This document shows, in pieces, positions 1-11,713 of a DNA stretch of 45,293 nucleotides. The notes below the pieces were generated by a model. It was not told the DNA's origin. It saw only the letters and a program-made list of their open reading frames with translations, and searched no databases. This stretch comes from Octopus bimaculoides. Taxonomy: Eukaryota. The DNA is taken from NCBI RefSeq assembly GCF_001194135.2, contig NC_068993.1, positions 46,132,994-46,178,286 of the forward strand. The letters are read 5' to 3'. A program made the translations under genes and the position numbers. Each line of letters opens with the position of its first letter. Position 1 is the first letter of the stretch.

Positions 1-321
1 CCTCCTCCTCCCTCTCCTCCTCCTTATCATCATTATCACATCATGACGTTCATCTTAGTTCTGTCATAAAATGCTCAAAACAAAAAAAAAGCAAAATCAC
101 AGCTGTAAAACTTCAGAAATCAGGAATACATAGACAAATAGAAATCTTACATAGAGAACTTGCACAGAAAACAAATACATTTTATAAATAAATAACTTCC
201 ACATTTTTCCTCCTGTATTAACCTCTTTTATTTTTCTTAAATTTTCTACAATATTCTCTACTCCATATACATTAATTTTTATTGTTACCATTGTTCTTCT
301 TGTTATTATTACTATTGTGGG

Positions 322-364
322 TCTTCTTCTTCTTCTTTTTCTTCTTCTTCTTCTTCTTCTTCTT

Positions 365-395
<31 letters not shown>

Positions 396-603
396 TTCTT
401 TTTCTTCTTCTTCTTCTTCTTCTTCTTCTTCTTCTTCTTCTTCATCCTCATCTTCTTCTTCTTCTTCTTCATCTTCTTTTCTTCTTTTTCTTCTTTTCTT
501 CTTCTTCTTCATCTTCTTCTTCTTCTTCTTCTTCTTCTTCTTCTTCTTCATCTTCTTTTCTTCCTTTTCTTCTTCTTCTTCTTCTTCTTCTTCTTCTTCT
601 TCT

Positions 604-638
<35 letters not shown>

Positions 639-641
639 TTC
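322..641 (+). repeat. (TTC)n trinucleotide microsatellite, imperfect
   Basis: Directly visible; explains the poly-K/F/L/S/E ORFs in the track. Confidence 0.98.
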
Positions 642-727
642 TTGTTGCCGTTCTCATTGTTGTTTCTGTTCATGGTGGTGGTGGTGGTCGTCGCCGTGGT
701 ATTATGATTATTATTACTATTGTTAAG

Positions 728-777
<50 letters not shown>
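728..777 (+). repeat. (CTA)n microsatellite
   Basis: Directly visible. Confidence 0.97.
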
Positions 778-778
<1 letters not shown>

Positions 779-888
779 GTTACTTTTATTATTTAGTTGT
801 AATCAATGTTTTTCTTTCCCTCAAATTTACAATTAGGAAATTTTAGTTTTTGACGATTGAGATAGATCTGTGGACGTATGTTTGTATG

Positions 889-924
<36 letters not shown>

Positions 925-1247
925 TGTGAATGTGTGTGCATTTGTGTGTTTACATGTAACGCTGTGTGTATGCATACGTGCGCATTTGCAATTATATAGC
1001 GCGTGTGTTTATAGGCGCGTGCGCGGTGCGTGTGACTATGTGTGCATATGTGCAGAGATATTGAATATTGGTAAACAATTGCTATAGATACAATGCGTGT
1101 GTCTGTAGACATGTATACAGATTTGATGCATCGATGTGCGCATGCGTATGTCAAACATTCAGAAGTGCGTAGTTACGTGTGTCTGGCCACGTATGTGTGT
1201 ATTTATGGTTGTATGTGTATGTATATATATATATGTATATATATATG

Positions 1248-1278
<31 letters not shown>

Positions 1279-1917
1279 ATGTGTGTGTGTGTGTATACAT
1301 TTATATGCATATATGGATATGTATGTATCTGCATGTATATATTTATACACAAATGTGCAGCTATATGTGCATATATTCATATATATTTATACATAAAAAT
1401 ACATATTCGAATGTATATATATGTATAAAGAAATATATAATTATACATATTCATGGATGTATATCTGTGTGTATGTAAGTATTTGATTTGTGTGTGTGTG
1501 TGTGTACATATGTACGTTTGCAGTGACAGCTACAGAGGAATACAAAAATAATACAAAAATAAATTTTACGCAATGAAATCGTAGAAACCACTTATTGTAT
1601 ACACATGTGTATATTTATGGTTCTCTGGGTATTAATTTATGTGTGTATATGTGTGTGTATATTTGTACGATTTTGCAAATATGTTGTGTGTGTTTATATT
1701 ATTGTGCATATCTGTCGGTATGCGGATGTGTGTGCGTGTGTGTGTATATATATGTATATATGAACGTATGCGAAGCGAAATGTTGAATATTGGTAAACAA
1801 TTACAATAGGTACAATGTTGTGTCTGCAGACATGTATTCAGAATTGGTACGTTATTGTGCGCATGCGTGCATCAAATATTTAGTAGTAAGTAGTAACATG
1901 TGTGCCTGTCGGTGTGA

Positions 1918-1954
<37 letters not shown>

Positions 1955-2027
1955 AGTGTGGGTGAGTGTTTGCGTGCGTGTGTAGCTAAGATATTGGATC
2001 TACACTGAAGTGAATGTNNNNNNNNNN

Positions 2028-2048
2028 CACACACACACACACACACAT

Positions 2049-2138
<90 letters not shown>
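2028..2138. repeat. Self-complementary compound microsatellite (CA)n-(TA)n-(TG)n
   Basis: Directly visible just after a short N gap. Confidence 0.92.
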
Positions 2139-2141
<3 letters not shown>

Positions 2142-2556
2142 TGTATACATACATGCAGGCATTCATACATACATACATACATACATACACACAGATACAC
2201 ACAAACACACACAGATATACACACACATTTGCCCTCAGACATACATTCATGCACAGTTAATCACTCCGACGCGTACACAGAGCTACTGACTTACTGCGAA
2301 CACGCTATCTTAAAGATAGCGTATTTGGCAGAGGCAGTGTATTATGCACAAGTGAATATTTACTGAGTGCTTTTTTATGTATGTATGTATGTATGTATGT
2401 ATATTCAGTGACAGATGTCTGCAGTAAATATTCATTTATTCATAAACACTGTCATTGGCAAATGCACTATCTTTAATCTTTCTTGTGGCAATAAGCCTGT
2501 AGCTCTGTGTAAGTTCCTGCGTGATTATGTATGTATGAACGTATGTGTTATGTTCA

Positions 2557-2648
<92 letters not shown>

Positions 2649-2696
2649 ACGTAGGCATACATACAAACACACACACATATATGATGATATAATGTA

Positions 2697-3180
2697 CACT
2701 GTGTCCCCCATTATTAGGCAAACCACCCTTCTCTCAATATCCTTTAGCAGCAACATTTCTTCTGTCCCAAATTATTAGGCAGGTGCCCAACTTAAGCGTT
2801 ATTATAGGTCAGAAACGTGATCTTGCTTCGAATGAGAAGTCTAACGTCGTATCAGAGCTTGGAAAAGGAAAAACAACCAGAGAAATATCAAAAATACTGG
2901 GAAGAGGTCACCCAACAGTGAAGAACATCGTGCAGTGTCCTATTTGTGTTCGGTCGAGGGCAGATAGTTTAAGTCGAGGGTTGCTTTGAGTCGTACTTTG
3001 TCAGGTGTGAAAAGGGAAGTTGGGCTGATTCCTTGTCTGACACGTAGAGAAGTCTTCAAACGTTGTGGCAGAGAAGACATACCCAAAATTTCCAGGTGTC
3101 GCTTCTTGAAGCAGATAGCCAGGAATGTTGAACCTTTTACAAGCCGCCCCCCCCCCCTCTGAAGGCTGTTCATAAGCGTA
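2697..3180 (+). mobile_element. Tc1-family DNA transposon, 5' fragment (left TIR plus N-terminal DNA-binding region of transposase, pseudogenised)
   Basis: TA at 2695-2696 followed by CACTGTG..ATTATTAGGCA, with the tgtccc..attattaggca block repeated at about 2763-2781. Frame reads (ATA)GQKRDLASNEKSNVVSELGKGKTTREISKILGRGHPTVKNIV, then after a frameshift LSGVKREVGLIPCLTRREVFKRCGREDIPKISRCRFLKQIARNV..RPP/PLKAVHKR, matching Tc1 transposase N-termini I recall. No catalytic domain present. Confidence 0.88.
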
Positions 3181-3511
3181 TTTCTGGAACCACCGTTCGC
3201 ATTGACTTACGCTTATTGTCCAATCCCCGTATACTGAATTAATACTCCACGAAATTTCCGTTGCGTTGTTGCTTCTATTGAACTCATAAATCAAAATATG
3301 CCGAATATGTTCCTTTCTCACTTCTGATATAGCTTTAAAAAATAACAGTTAACACTGAACCGCGCTCTTCAAAACTTGAACGAAAAATATGTACAAGATG
3401 AAATTACTACCTGCTTTTATAGCAAGTTGATGCAGGTAGTTTATACCGCCCGGCTCCGACTTTTAGTTCATTCAATTGAAAAAACCCCGCATTATTTATG
3501 GGATGACTCAA
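3181..3511 (-). mobile_element. mariner-family DNA transposon, 5' fragment (left TIR plus first HTH of transposase)
   Basis: ORF 3321->: MRKEHIRHILIYEFNRSNNATEISWSINSVYGDWTISVSQCERWFQK is a mariner/Mos1-type N-terminus. The minus strand begins TA|TTGAGTCATCCCATAAATAATGCGG (TA at 3512-3513), a mariner-like TIR. Confidence 0.9.
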
Positions 3512-3854
3512 TATTTGTCTGTCTGTATGTATGTATGTATGTATGTCATTATTCAATCTTATTTCAAGATTTCTTGCTGTTAGAGAAAGAGCCGGTTTCT
3601 AACCTAGATCCAAGGATCCTTCATTGGAATTTCAGCAACATCAACAGGGTTTTTTTTATGTATGTATATATGCAGATTTTATTGTATGTATTTATTTTAA
3701 TGCATATAATTGCACATCTGGGCATGCTCATATATACTTAAATGATAAACTTCTGGAAAATTTTACAAATTATTGCAGTTCTAGTAATGGCTTCAATCTG
3801 TAGTCTTCGAATCAGCACAGACAGACAGACAGACACACACACACACACGCACAC

Positions 3855-3901
<47 letters not shown>

Positions 3902-4404
3902 GAGGTTAAATGTTAAATATTAAATGTTAAAAGAAATGTCTTCTCAAAATTCTGATTCACTGTGAGAAGGTGATATATAGTTCTTGTTTGTGAAAGACAT
4001 GTAGTGTTGCTTTAAGAGACTTGTTCTTAAGAAAAGAATTCAGAAAATTATAACCTGAATAGTAGATGTACTTTTAATGATAATTGTGAACGCTCTCCGC
4101 GCGAATGAGTTTGTATTCAGAGAATGTTGATGTAAACGGCGTCTTTATCTTCCGGGGAGAGAGATATATGTCGAATATATGTTTACCTAAAGGTAATTAT
4201 ATCGTCATAATATCTTTGTATAAGTATGTGCAGCTCGACGCAACCGCTGGATATATGTCAAATATGGTATATAGACAGGATTGATTGTAAGGTGATAAAT
4301 ACCTGAGTAAGAGATAAAAATGTGAATAATAGTAAAATGCCACTAATGTTTATACAATACGTTGCTATTGTCTGTCATCTTTTATCATGTACGTGCTTCA
4401 TTTA

Positions 4405-4580
4405 TTGGAGAGCGGCCTTCCTGGGGCACCATGTTGAAGAGGAACAAATCGATTCCAGTACATATAATCTATTTTTAATTCGGCTAACTATTTTATAGGT
4501 CTCCCTGTCGAAACGCTAACTTATGGAGTCGTAAGCAAATTAACAAGGCCTTGATTACCTTCCAAACAGTGCTGGAGTAG
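4405..4580 (-). mobile_element. Degenerate SINE family A 3' fragment
   Basis: Colinear but decayed match (gaacaaatcgattccag..gaaacgctaacttatggagtcgtaa) to the full copy at 20128-20526. Confidence 0.5.
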
Positions 4581-5561
4581 TGATAGACTCAGACGCGCAT
4601 ACACATACAGATAGACTTGTGTATGTAGAATGGAGTACTGAAAAGTTCCTGGTTTTCAGGGAATCGCAAAAGGCTTAGTTGGAGGCCCAAACCTTCGAGT
4701 TCTTGTACAGGGCTTAGAAACCTGAAGGACCGCTACAATAACTGTGTGAATCTCAAAGGGAAATATGTTGAATAAAATAACTGATTCGCCTGTATTTTCT
4801 TTTACCCAAAGCCAGGAACTGTTCAGCGCCCACTCGTATGTATGTTTGAATGTATGTATGTATGTATCGTACATGCACACACACGCACATACACTCACAT
4901 ACATACACACACGCCCATACACGTACACATGTATATCTACAAATATGTTATATATGTGTGTCTACGTGTGCGCGCGTGTAGCTACATAAACTTACATACA
5001 AACATTAGATATGCACTCTACGCAATTGAGGCATTATTAAATGAAACTGTGAGCTACGTAATGTGTAGTTAATGTATACATATTGTCAATAGGCCAGATA
5101 CAAGGGGTTTTGTGATGTGATAACAGTTCCTATGGAGTTATTATTTCAGATGTAGGAGGAGATGACGGAAACATTCAATGAGTTCGCGGATACCCCGCCG
5201 GGCTGAATAAAATAACAAAATCCGCTATACGCAGCTGTAGTAGGCAGTATAAGATAAATACACACACACACGCGCGCGCATATATATATAATGTACTACG
5301 TAAATTCCTGTACAAGCACGCATAATATCAGTATTAATTTCTCTCTTTCTCTCCCTCTTTTGCTCTTTTTAAATAACAACGTGTAATTTGAGTGAAATAC
5401 GACTGCTACATTTAGTAGTTCACGTGACACAATAGAAGCTTTCTTATTATGTTGTTTTGTCTTCTATGGTCACATTATTTGTAATGGCCATAAATATCAC
5501 ATAATATATCGGTCTGTGCGTGTGCGTGTGCGTGCGTGTGTGTGTGTGTGTGTATATGCAT

Positions 5562-5636
<75 letters not shown>

Positions 5637-6109
5637 CGTGCCTGAGTGTTTGCGAGAGACAGACAGACAAACAGGAAGATAGGCAGACAGAACGAGAGAA
5701 ACATTACCATTTTATCTTCATTTACCAAAGTAGGATGCAAGCGATCACTATAACAAACAATGTTTTACAATAAATTAGTGACTGGACGGTTTCCAAATGT
5801 CTCCCATATTTCGTTGGTCTCTTCTGACAAAACGTACTTCCTGTGCGTGTATTTATCAATCAGTTTCTTCCAGTCTTTATGAAAATTATCTTTTCCTCAA
5901 GATTTAGAGTTCGTCATTATTGTCACATTGCCAATATTTCCCCACTTCCTTTACTCCAATAGTTCAATAGAATCTCACAGACTATACAATCTGGTTATAT
6001 CATTTTGTATGTAAATCTATAATTTCACAGTCGTTATTCCTTGTTCTCTTAATTTAATATAATTTAAAAGAATGTTTACATGTCGTACATTTTAACCTTC
6101 AATAATAGT

Positions 6110-6235
6110 TTCTTCTTCTTCTTCTTCTTCTTCTTCTTCTTCTTCTTCTTCTTCTTCTTCTTCTTCTTCTTCTTCTTCTTCTTCTTCTTCTTCTTCTTCT
6201 TCTTCTTCTTCTTCTTCTTCTTCTTCTTCTTCTTC
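6110..6235 (+). repeat. (TTC)n microsatellite
   Basis: Directly visible, near perfect. Confidence 0.98.
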
Positions 6236-6339
6236 TCATTGTGACAGAGAATATTTACAGATATCTTCTTCGAAACCTGTATGTACACTATCTTCAAATT
6301 TATGTACTAATTTACCGATATACAATTAATTTGGTAGAT

Positions 6340-7332
6340 TGTTGTAGGGAATTTTTAATAATGGTACACCTCTTCTACATGACGAGTGGAATGAATCAGC
6401 CACTAATTAAGGTGACTTCGTCCTGTATCGAGAAAGGAAGTAGAATACGAACAGACTGTGATACTGAGTGGATGCAATAAAGAGCCACCCTTTTTGAGGA
6501 TAATAACACTGTACGACAGGGTGTCGTACAGTGCCAGATAGAAACATCCTATCGACGACTTCGGAATATATCTGTCAGAATGACAACCGTCGTACGAGAC
6601 AGACACAACAGTGACAAAAGACTGCTTTATAATAGTGGCGACGTGGAGTTAATATAAACTTGTAGAGGAGTTAACAAACTCACAAAAGCTTTTGCTGTGT
6701 AAATTTTAAGAAAAAATCGTAAAATTATGGAAGATTTGTTGGCCGTTCTGCTTGAGTGGCAAAAACAGCAACAACAGTTGAAAGAACAACAACAGCAGAT
6801 ACAACCGCAAGAGCAACAACAGAAGCAACAACAACGATTAATATTACTCCAATAAATGCTGCAATTATTGAAGTCGTCAGAAAAGCCAGGAAAAGTGTTT
6901 TCGCTAGGCTATATTGCGAATTCAATAACTGAATTCCAATACGAACCTTCGAAGTATACTACAGAAGATATAAGCAAATCTTCGCGAAAGAATGTAAAGA
7001 TTAAGAAAACTAGCGCTAACAGAACATGGACGATACAGTAATTTTGTACTCCGAAAGAATCCGTCTGATGCAAAGTTTAATGACGTAGAGTACGAGAGTA
7101 CGTGTAGACTGTGTTTATAGTCGTGTTTGTGCTGATATAGTAATTATACTGTGATACTGAATGAACGTTATAACGATCCGACCTTTTGAGGATAGTAACA
7201 CTGTACGACTGGGGATCGTACAGTGTCAGATGGAAACGTCCTATCGACGACTTTGGAATATGACAATATCTGTCAGAGTGACAATTGTCGTCAAAAGACA
7301 GATACACAGTGGCAAAAGACCGCTTTATAACA
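6340..7332 (+). mobile_element. Internally deleted Gypsy (Mag/K02A2.6-like) LTR retrotransposon: 5' LTR, PBS, gag 5' part, partial 3' LTR
   Basis: Ends TGTTGTA..TATAACA flanked by identical TAGAT (6335-6339, 7333-7337). Direct repeat about 6452-6634 versus 7148-7332. PBS-like TGGCGACGTGG at 6636 directly after the 5' LTR, similar to the complement of the tRNA-Ser(GCT) 3' end. AATAAA at 6476-6481. Confidence 0.88.
6727..7088 (+). pseudogene. Gypsy gag N-terminal remnant
   Basis: MEDLLAVLLEWQKQQQQL..LLQ*MLQLLKSSEKPGKVFSLGYIANSITEFQYEP; after shifts RYKQIFAKECKD and RKLALTEHGRYSNFVLRKNPSDAKFNDV, resembling Mag-clade gag motifs (SITEFxYxP; RKLxxxEHxRYxNFILPK). Contains a stop and frameshifts. 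Confidence 0.75.
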
Positions 7333-7635
7333 TAGATGTTACTAAAAGTTTAAGCGACTCGCTGAAACATCTCAGCATTAGATTAAGGTAGTTACAAGGA
7401 CTTTACCAATACAATCTCTAAGCGAAACAGTAAAGATATACAGCATATATCATTAAGTTCAACGCATAGCACTTACTCTTTTGCTTATCTAAATTGTAGC
7501 AAGAGTGTTTGTTTTTCTTCATTAGAAACCAGCTCCTTCCCTGGAAAAAATGATACAAACATAATTACACATGTGCACGCAAACACACACATACACACAC
7601 ACACAAACATACACACTTATATATGCATACATACA

Positions 7636-7667
<32 letters not shown>

Positions 7668-8389
7668 CGTGGGAGTTCGCAGTCATGTCTGTGCCAAACT
7701 CGGAATTATCTCACCAGAGCCAGTAAATAAATGACCTAATTGATATCATTAGCACAAAATAGAATATAGAACGTTATAACAATGCAACTTTTAAATGATT
7801 ACAGAAATGATTCAATGGAAAACTTGGCTGGCATTAAGTCAACACAGAGCATAGATTTAACGAGAGATAAATGTGCAAGATCTGAATGATATTATGACGT
7901 TAATGAATGATGTGGGCTGTTAATGGTGACGATCGACTGATAGTAGTTCAATGGATAGAACGATGAAGTATGTGTGTCTGTGGGTGGGGTATTATCGTAA
8001 TGATGGAATTTAGGGTAGGTGTAGGTGTAGGTGAAGTAGTGTGCCGAATCATTGGTTGTTTCTGACATAAGATGCTGTAGGACTATGTGATGGTGGGGAC
8101 GAAAGGGTAATGAAGCTATATATTAAGATGGTGCATTAGAAGCCTCTCGAATAACATTGGTTTGCATTTGGGAATTTTTAAATTTATATTCTTGTTCCTG
8201 GATGTGATCTTACATATTCCTGGGCTGCTTATTTTAAATATCTAAACCGTTTTCTCTTTCACAAAGCAAATACATTGCATCTTAGCTTTACATATACGAA
8301 TGGGTTTATATATGTGATTTTGTTTTGTCTTGTCTCTTTTGTGTAGTTTTTCACTTTTCTGAAGTTCAGATAACTTCGCTATATGTCTA

Positions 8390-8403
8390 AGAAGCCCGTC
8401 GTG

Positions 8404-8435
<32 letters not shown>

Positions 8436-8570
8436 CGTGTGTGTGTGTGTGTGTGTGCGTGTGTTGCCCCACACACACACACAGCATCGCTTGAGAGTCA
8501 ATGCTGGTGTGCTTCCGTCCTTGTAACTTTGTGGTTCGGCAAAAGTACCGCGTTTTATGAAGAACTACTA
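8390..8570 (+). mobile_element. SINE family A central fragment with expanded (TA)n(TG)n
   Basis: gaagcccgtcg-(TA)n(TG)n-..catcgcttg..tgctggtgtg..gtaact..ggttcggcaaaag is the reverse complement of the core at 20240-20385. Confidence 0.8.
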
Positions 8571-8609
8571 TGCCGGACCGCTAAATTACGGAAACGAAAA
8601 TATCAGACA

Positions 8610-8750
8610 TAGTTGTCAAGACGTCATAAGGGACACACACACACGCACACATACACACACACACACATACACACGTGCTTTACCGGCAAACTAACAGGCG
8701 TATACTATACAATTTATTAACTAATAAATATGCGTGTGTGTGTATGTGTG

Positions 8751-8828
<78 letters not shown>

Positions 8829-8980
8829 CGTGTGTGTGTATACACAGGACATTCTTTCCGTTTCTGTCGACCAAATCCACTCAAAAGACTTTACTCTGAT
8901 CGAGGCTATTGCAGAAGACACTCGCCTAATGTGCCACGCTGTGGGAATGAGCCGGGAAACATGGAGGTGAGAAGCAACAC
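8610..8980 (-). mobile_element. SINE family A 5'/central fragment interrupted by microsatellites
   Basis: gttgtcaag..ggacacac and ttctttc..ccaaatccactc..gaggctat..agaagacact..gtgccacgc match the 20128-20526 copy. Confidence 0.75.
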
Positions 8981-9784
8981 GTGGGCCTCTATAATGGTAA
9001 ATGATACACACTTAAATCATTAAATATTCAAATAACAATGAAACCTAAACACTTCAAAACGAGTGAATACGTTTGCTACTTATTTTTGTTCACAATCACT
9101 AACTATATCATTCTAAACAAGTGAGTTTGTAAATCTATTCTTAATGCATTGAAAAAGAATAATATAAAATATGATATATTGTACATAAATTACGAACACA
9201 ACAAGGAATTGAATTTTTCATTTTATCAACTGCCCTACAACTTGAAATTCATTCCCAAACCATTCCCTATTTTAACAACTATTGCTTAAAAATATTAATG
9301 TTCTCCTGAACTGCATTTTATGTTACGTATAAATTTTGAAATGGGTAAATATCGATCGCTTTTTTCCTTTGTCGTTGTCTTCTACTTACCTTTTACCGTT
9401 TTTTAAAAAATAAAAATCCGTTTTCTATTTTCTTTTCGATTTTCAACTACAGCTAGAAATGTTAGAATCTTTACAGTTGCAAGAGAGTTTAATTGAAATT
9501 CAGCAAACGCAAACAACTTCAAACTTTATTTATTCTTTTATATTCTACAACTCCCAAATGAAAATTCTTCTAAAACAGCCCAAGAACTTTTGCGGTTGTT
9601 TGCTGTGCAATACCGCAGCACACAAATACGCATTAATAAATATTTGTAAGCTGACTCATATCAACCTACAAAAATATACTTATTAATAGACACTTTCGAA
9701 CCCTTGCTCTTAACGTATTTTTTTGTCCACACTACATACATACATAACTTCATACATACATGCATAAGCCTAGANNNNNNNNNN

Positions 9785-9834
<50 letters not shown>

Positions 9835-9974
9835 ACACACACACACGACATTTCGAGAAAAGATTTAATAGTTTTGTTATGGGAACGGCACTGAGGGATT
9901 TGTGCAAAAATCTAGCAATCATATTTTTGCTCCCGAGCTATTTTAATGTTTTTGAAAGATTCCCTCTATTTTTT

Positions 9975-10335
9975 AGATCTTATACTTGTTTCAGTGTTTA
10001 AAACACGGCCATTCTGTGGCAGCGCCTCGAAGTTTTTAGTCTAACAAATTGATGCCAGTACTTATTTTTCGAAGGCTTGAATTCATTCTATGGCACTCTT
10101 TTACCGAACCGCTAAGTTGTACAGACGTAAACAAATCAACACCGTTATCATGTGGGTTTATGGGGAGAGGGGGCGACAGAAAGAAACACAAAGACAGACA
10201 CATACACATATATATGCGATGGGCTTCCATGTAGTTTCTGTCTATTGAATTCCATCACAAGGCATTTGGTAGTTGTCATGCCGCACAGTAAAACTTAATC
10301 CCCAAACCACATGGTTACAAAGTGAGCATCTTAAC
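9975..10335 (-). mobile_element. SINE family A, degenerate near-full copy
   Basis: tacttgtttcagt..gaaccgctaagtt..gatgggcttc..cacaagg..gccgcacagt..accacatggtt colinear with 20128-20526. Confidence 0.75.
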
Positions 10336-11239
10336 TGTTCAAGTTGTAGAAGGAAAATTCAAGTGCAGGAATAATAGTATAAGTTTAGAAACAGCTTATA
10401 ACCTTCAAAGCAAATATTCAAATAACATGGAGGAAAACTGACAAACAATTTACTAACGTGCGAACCTTCTGCAAATATAGTTTACTTGAAACTGCTAATG
10501 ATTAAGCTAATTGCTTCAACAACATTGGATAGGAAATATATAGGAAATATATACTATTGGAAGGTGGCTCGGCTTTTCTTCTCATGGAATAGACGATCCA
10601 GTTGTTAGTGATTTAATTCGATACTTTTCGGAACGTGTTAACCGATCACCATTTTAAGTTAGATCGAATTATGAAGAAGTTAACGAAAATGAAGTAGACA
10701 TGAAGGAAATGACTGAAAATGAAGTTGAGACAATGTTTTGCGAAGTTGAATCGTTCAATAAATAAATAATCAATAACACCACTAACATAAAACGATCTAC
10801 AATACTTTAGTAGAACTTGGACAAATTCGTTCATGCCACAGTTAAATGCATGCAGTGAAAAAGAAAGAAAATTATGAATGTGCTTCCCAAACGAATCTGG
10901 GCAAATTGTATTATCCCTTGCTTTACGTTATTCATTTATATTAAACCTGATGAATAAGAAGCACATGTTCAGATATTTTATTCACATTGTTGTCGTCCCT
11001 CCTTAAGACGAAATTGTGTGAAGTGGGAAACGTTGATTAATGTGTTTAGCAATCAAGTAACCACACAAAGTCTAATACATTTCTCAGGTAGAATTAGCTC
11101 ATGATTATCATTCTACTCAGAATTAGGGTTTTCCAGTTTAATTTTTCATAGTTGGTCTGTTGTGTGAAGAGTAGAATATTATTTTTACCTATTTCACGCT
11201 TTGGCCACGCTTAAGAATGTAAGCCACTGGATAGACAAA

Positions 11240-11589
11240 TTTGTTGTTGCACTCTGTCGCTTACGACGACGAGGGTTCCAGTTGATCCGATCAACGGAAC
11301 AGCCTGCTCATGAAATTAACGTGCAAGTGGCTGAGCACTCCACAGACACGTGTACCCTTAACGTAGTTCTCGGGGATATTTAGCGTGACACAGTATGACA
11401 GGGCTGACCCTTTGAATTACATGCACAACAGAAACAGGAAGTAAAAGTGAGAGAAAGTTGTGGTGGAAGAGTACAGCAGGGTTCGCCACCATCCCCTGCC
11501 GGAGCCTCGTGGAGCTTTAGGTGTTTTCGCTCAATAAATACTCACAACGCCCGGTCTGGGAATCGAAACCGCGATCCTATGACCGCGAG
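11240..11589 (-). mobile_element. tRNA-head SINE family C, 5'-clipped
   Basis: Minus strand has B-box-like GGTTTCGATTCCC (11558-11570), a GC-rich body and an (AAC)n-type tail. I recall it as an abundant octopod repeat. Confidence 0.75.
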
Positions 11590-11645
11590 TTGTGTACTGG
11601 AGTGGATCCCCTAAAATTTCGGACCTTGTGCCTAGAATAGAAAAG

Positions 11646-11712
<67 letters not shown>
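11590..11712 (+). mobile_element. SINE family B 3' tail followed by (ATT)n(AGT)n
   Basis: tgtgtactgg..cccctaaaatttcggaccttgtgcctagaatagaaaagattattatt matches the tails of copies at 13800-14030 and 19683-19885. Confidence 0.65.

Positions 11713-11713
<1 letters not shown>

Noticed and set aside
272-796. Poly-K, poly-F, poly-L and poly-R ORFs
   Set aside because: They are translations of (TTC)n and (CTA)n microsatellites.
843-2778. Many CVCV/HTHT/IYIY ORFs here and throughout the window
   Set aside because: Dinucleotide-repeat artefacts.
4106-4285. 59-aa ORF MSLYSENVDVNGVFIFRGERYMSN.. containing a possible 72-nt phase 1-1 exon (4121-4192)
   Set aside because: No recognisable homology or partner exons; it contains an internal gatatatgtc.aatat duplication.
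5770-6000. Minus-strand peptide HKDWKKLIDKYTHRKYVLSEETNEIWETFG
   Set aside because: Short, flanked by stops, and no assignable family.
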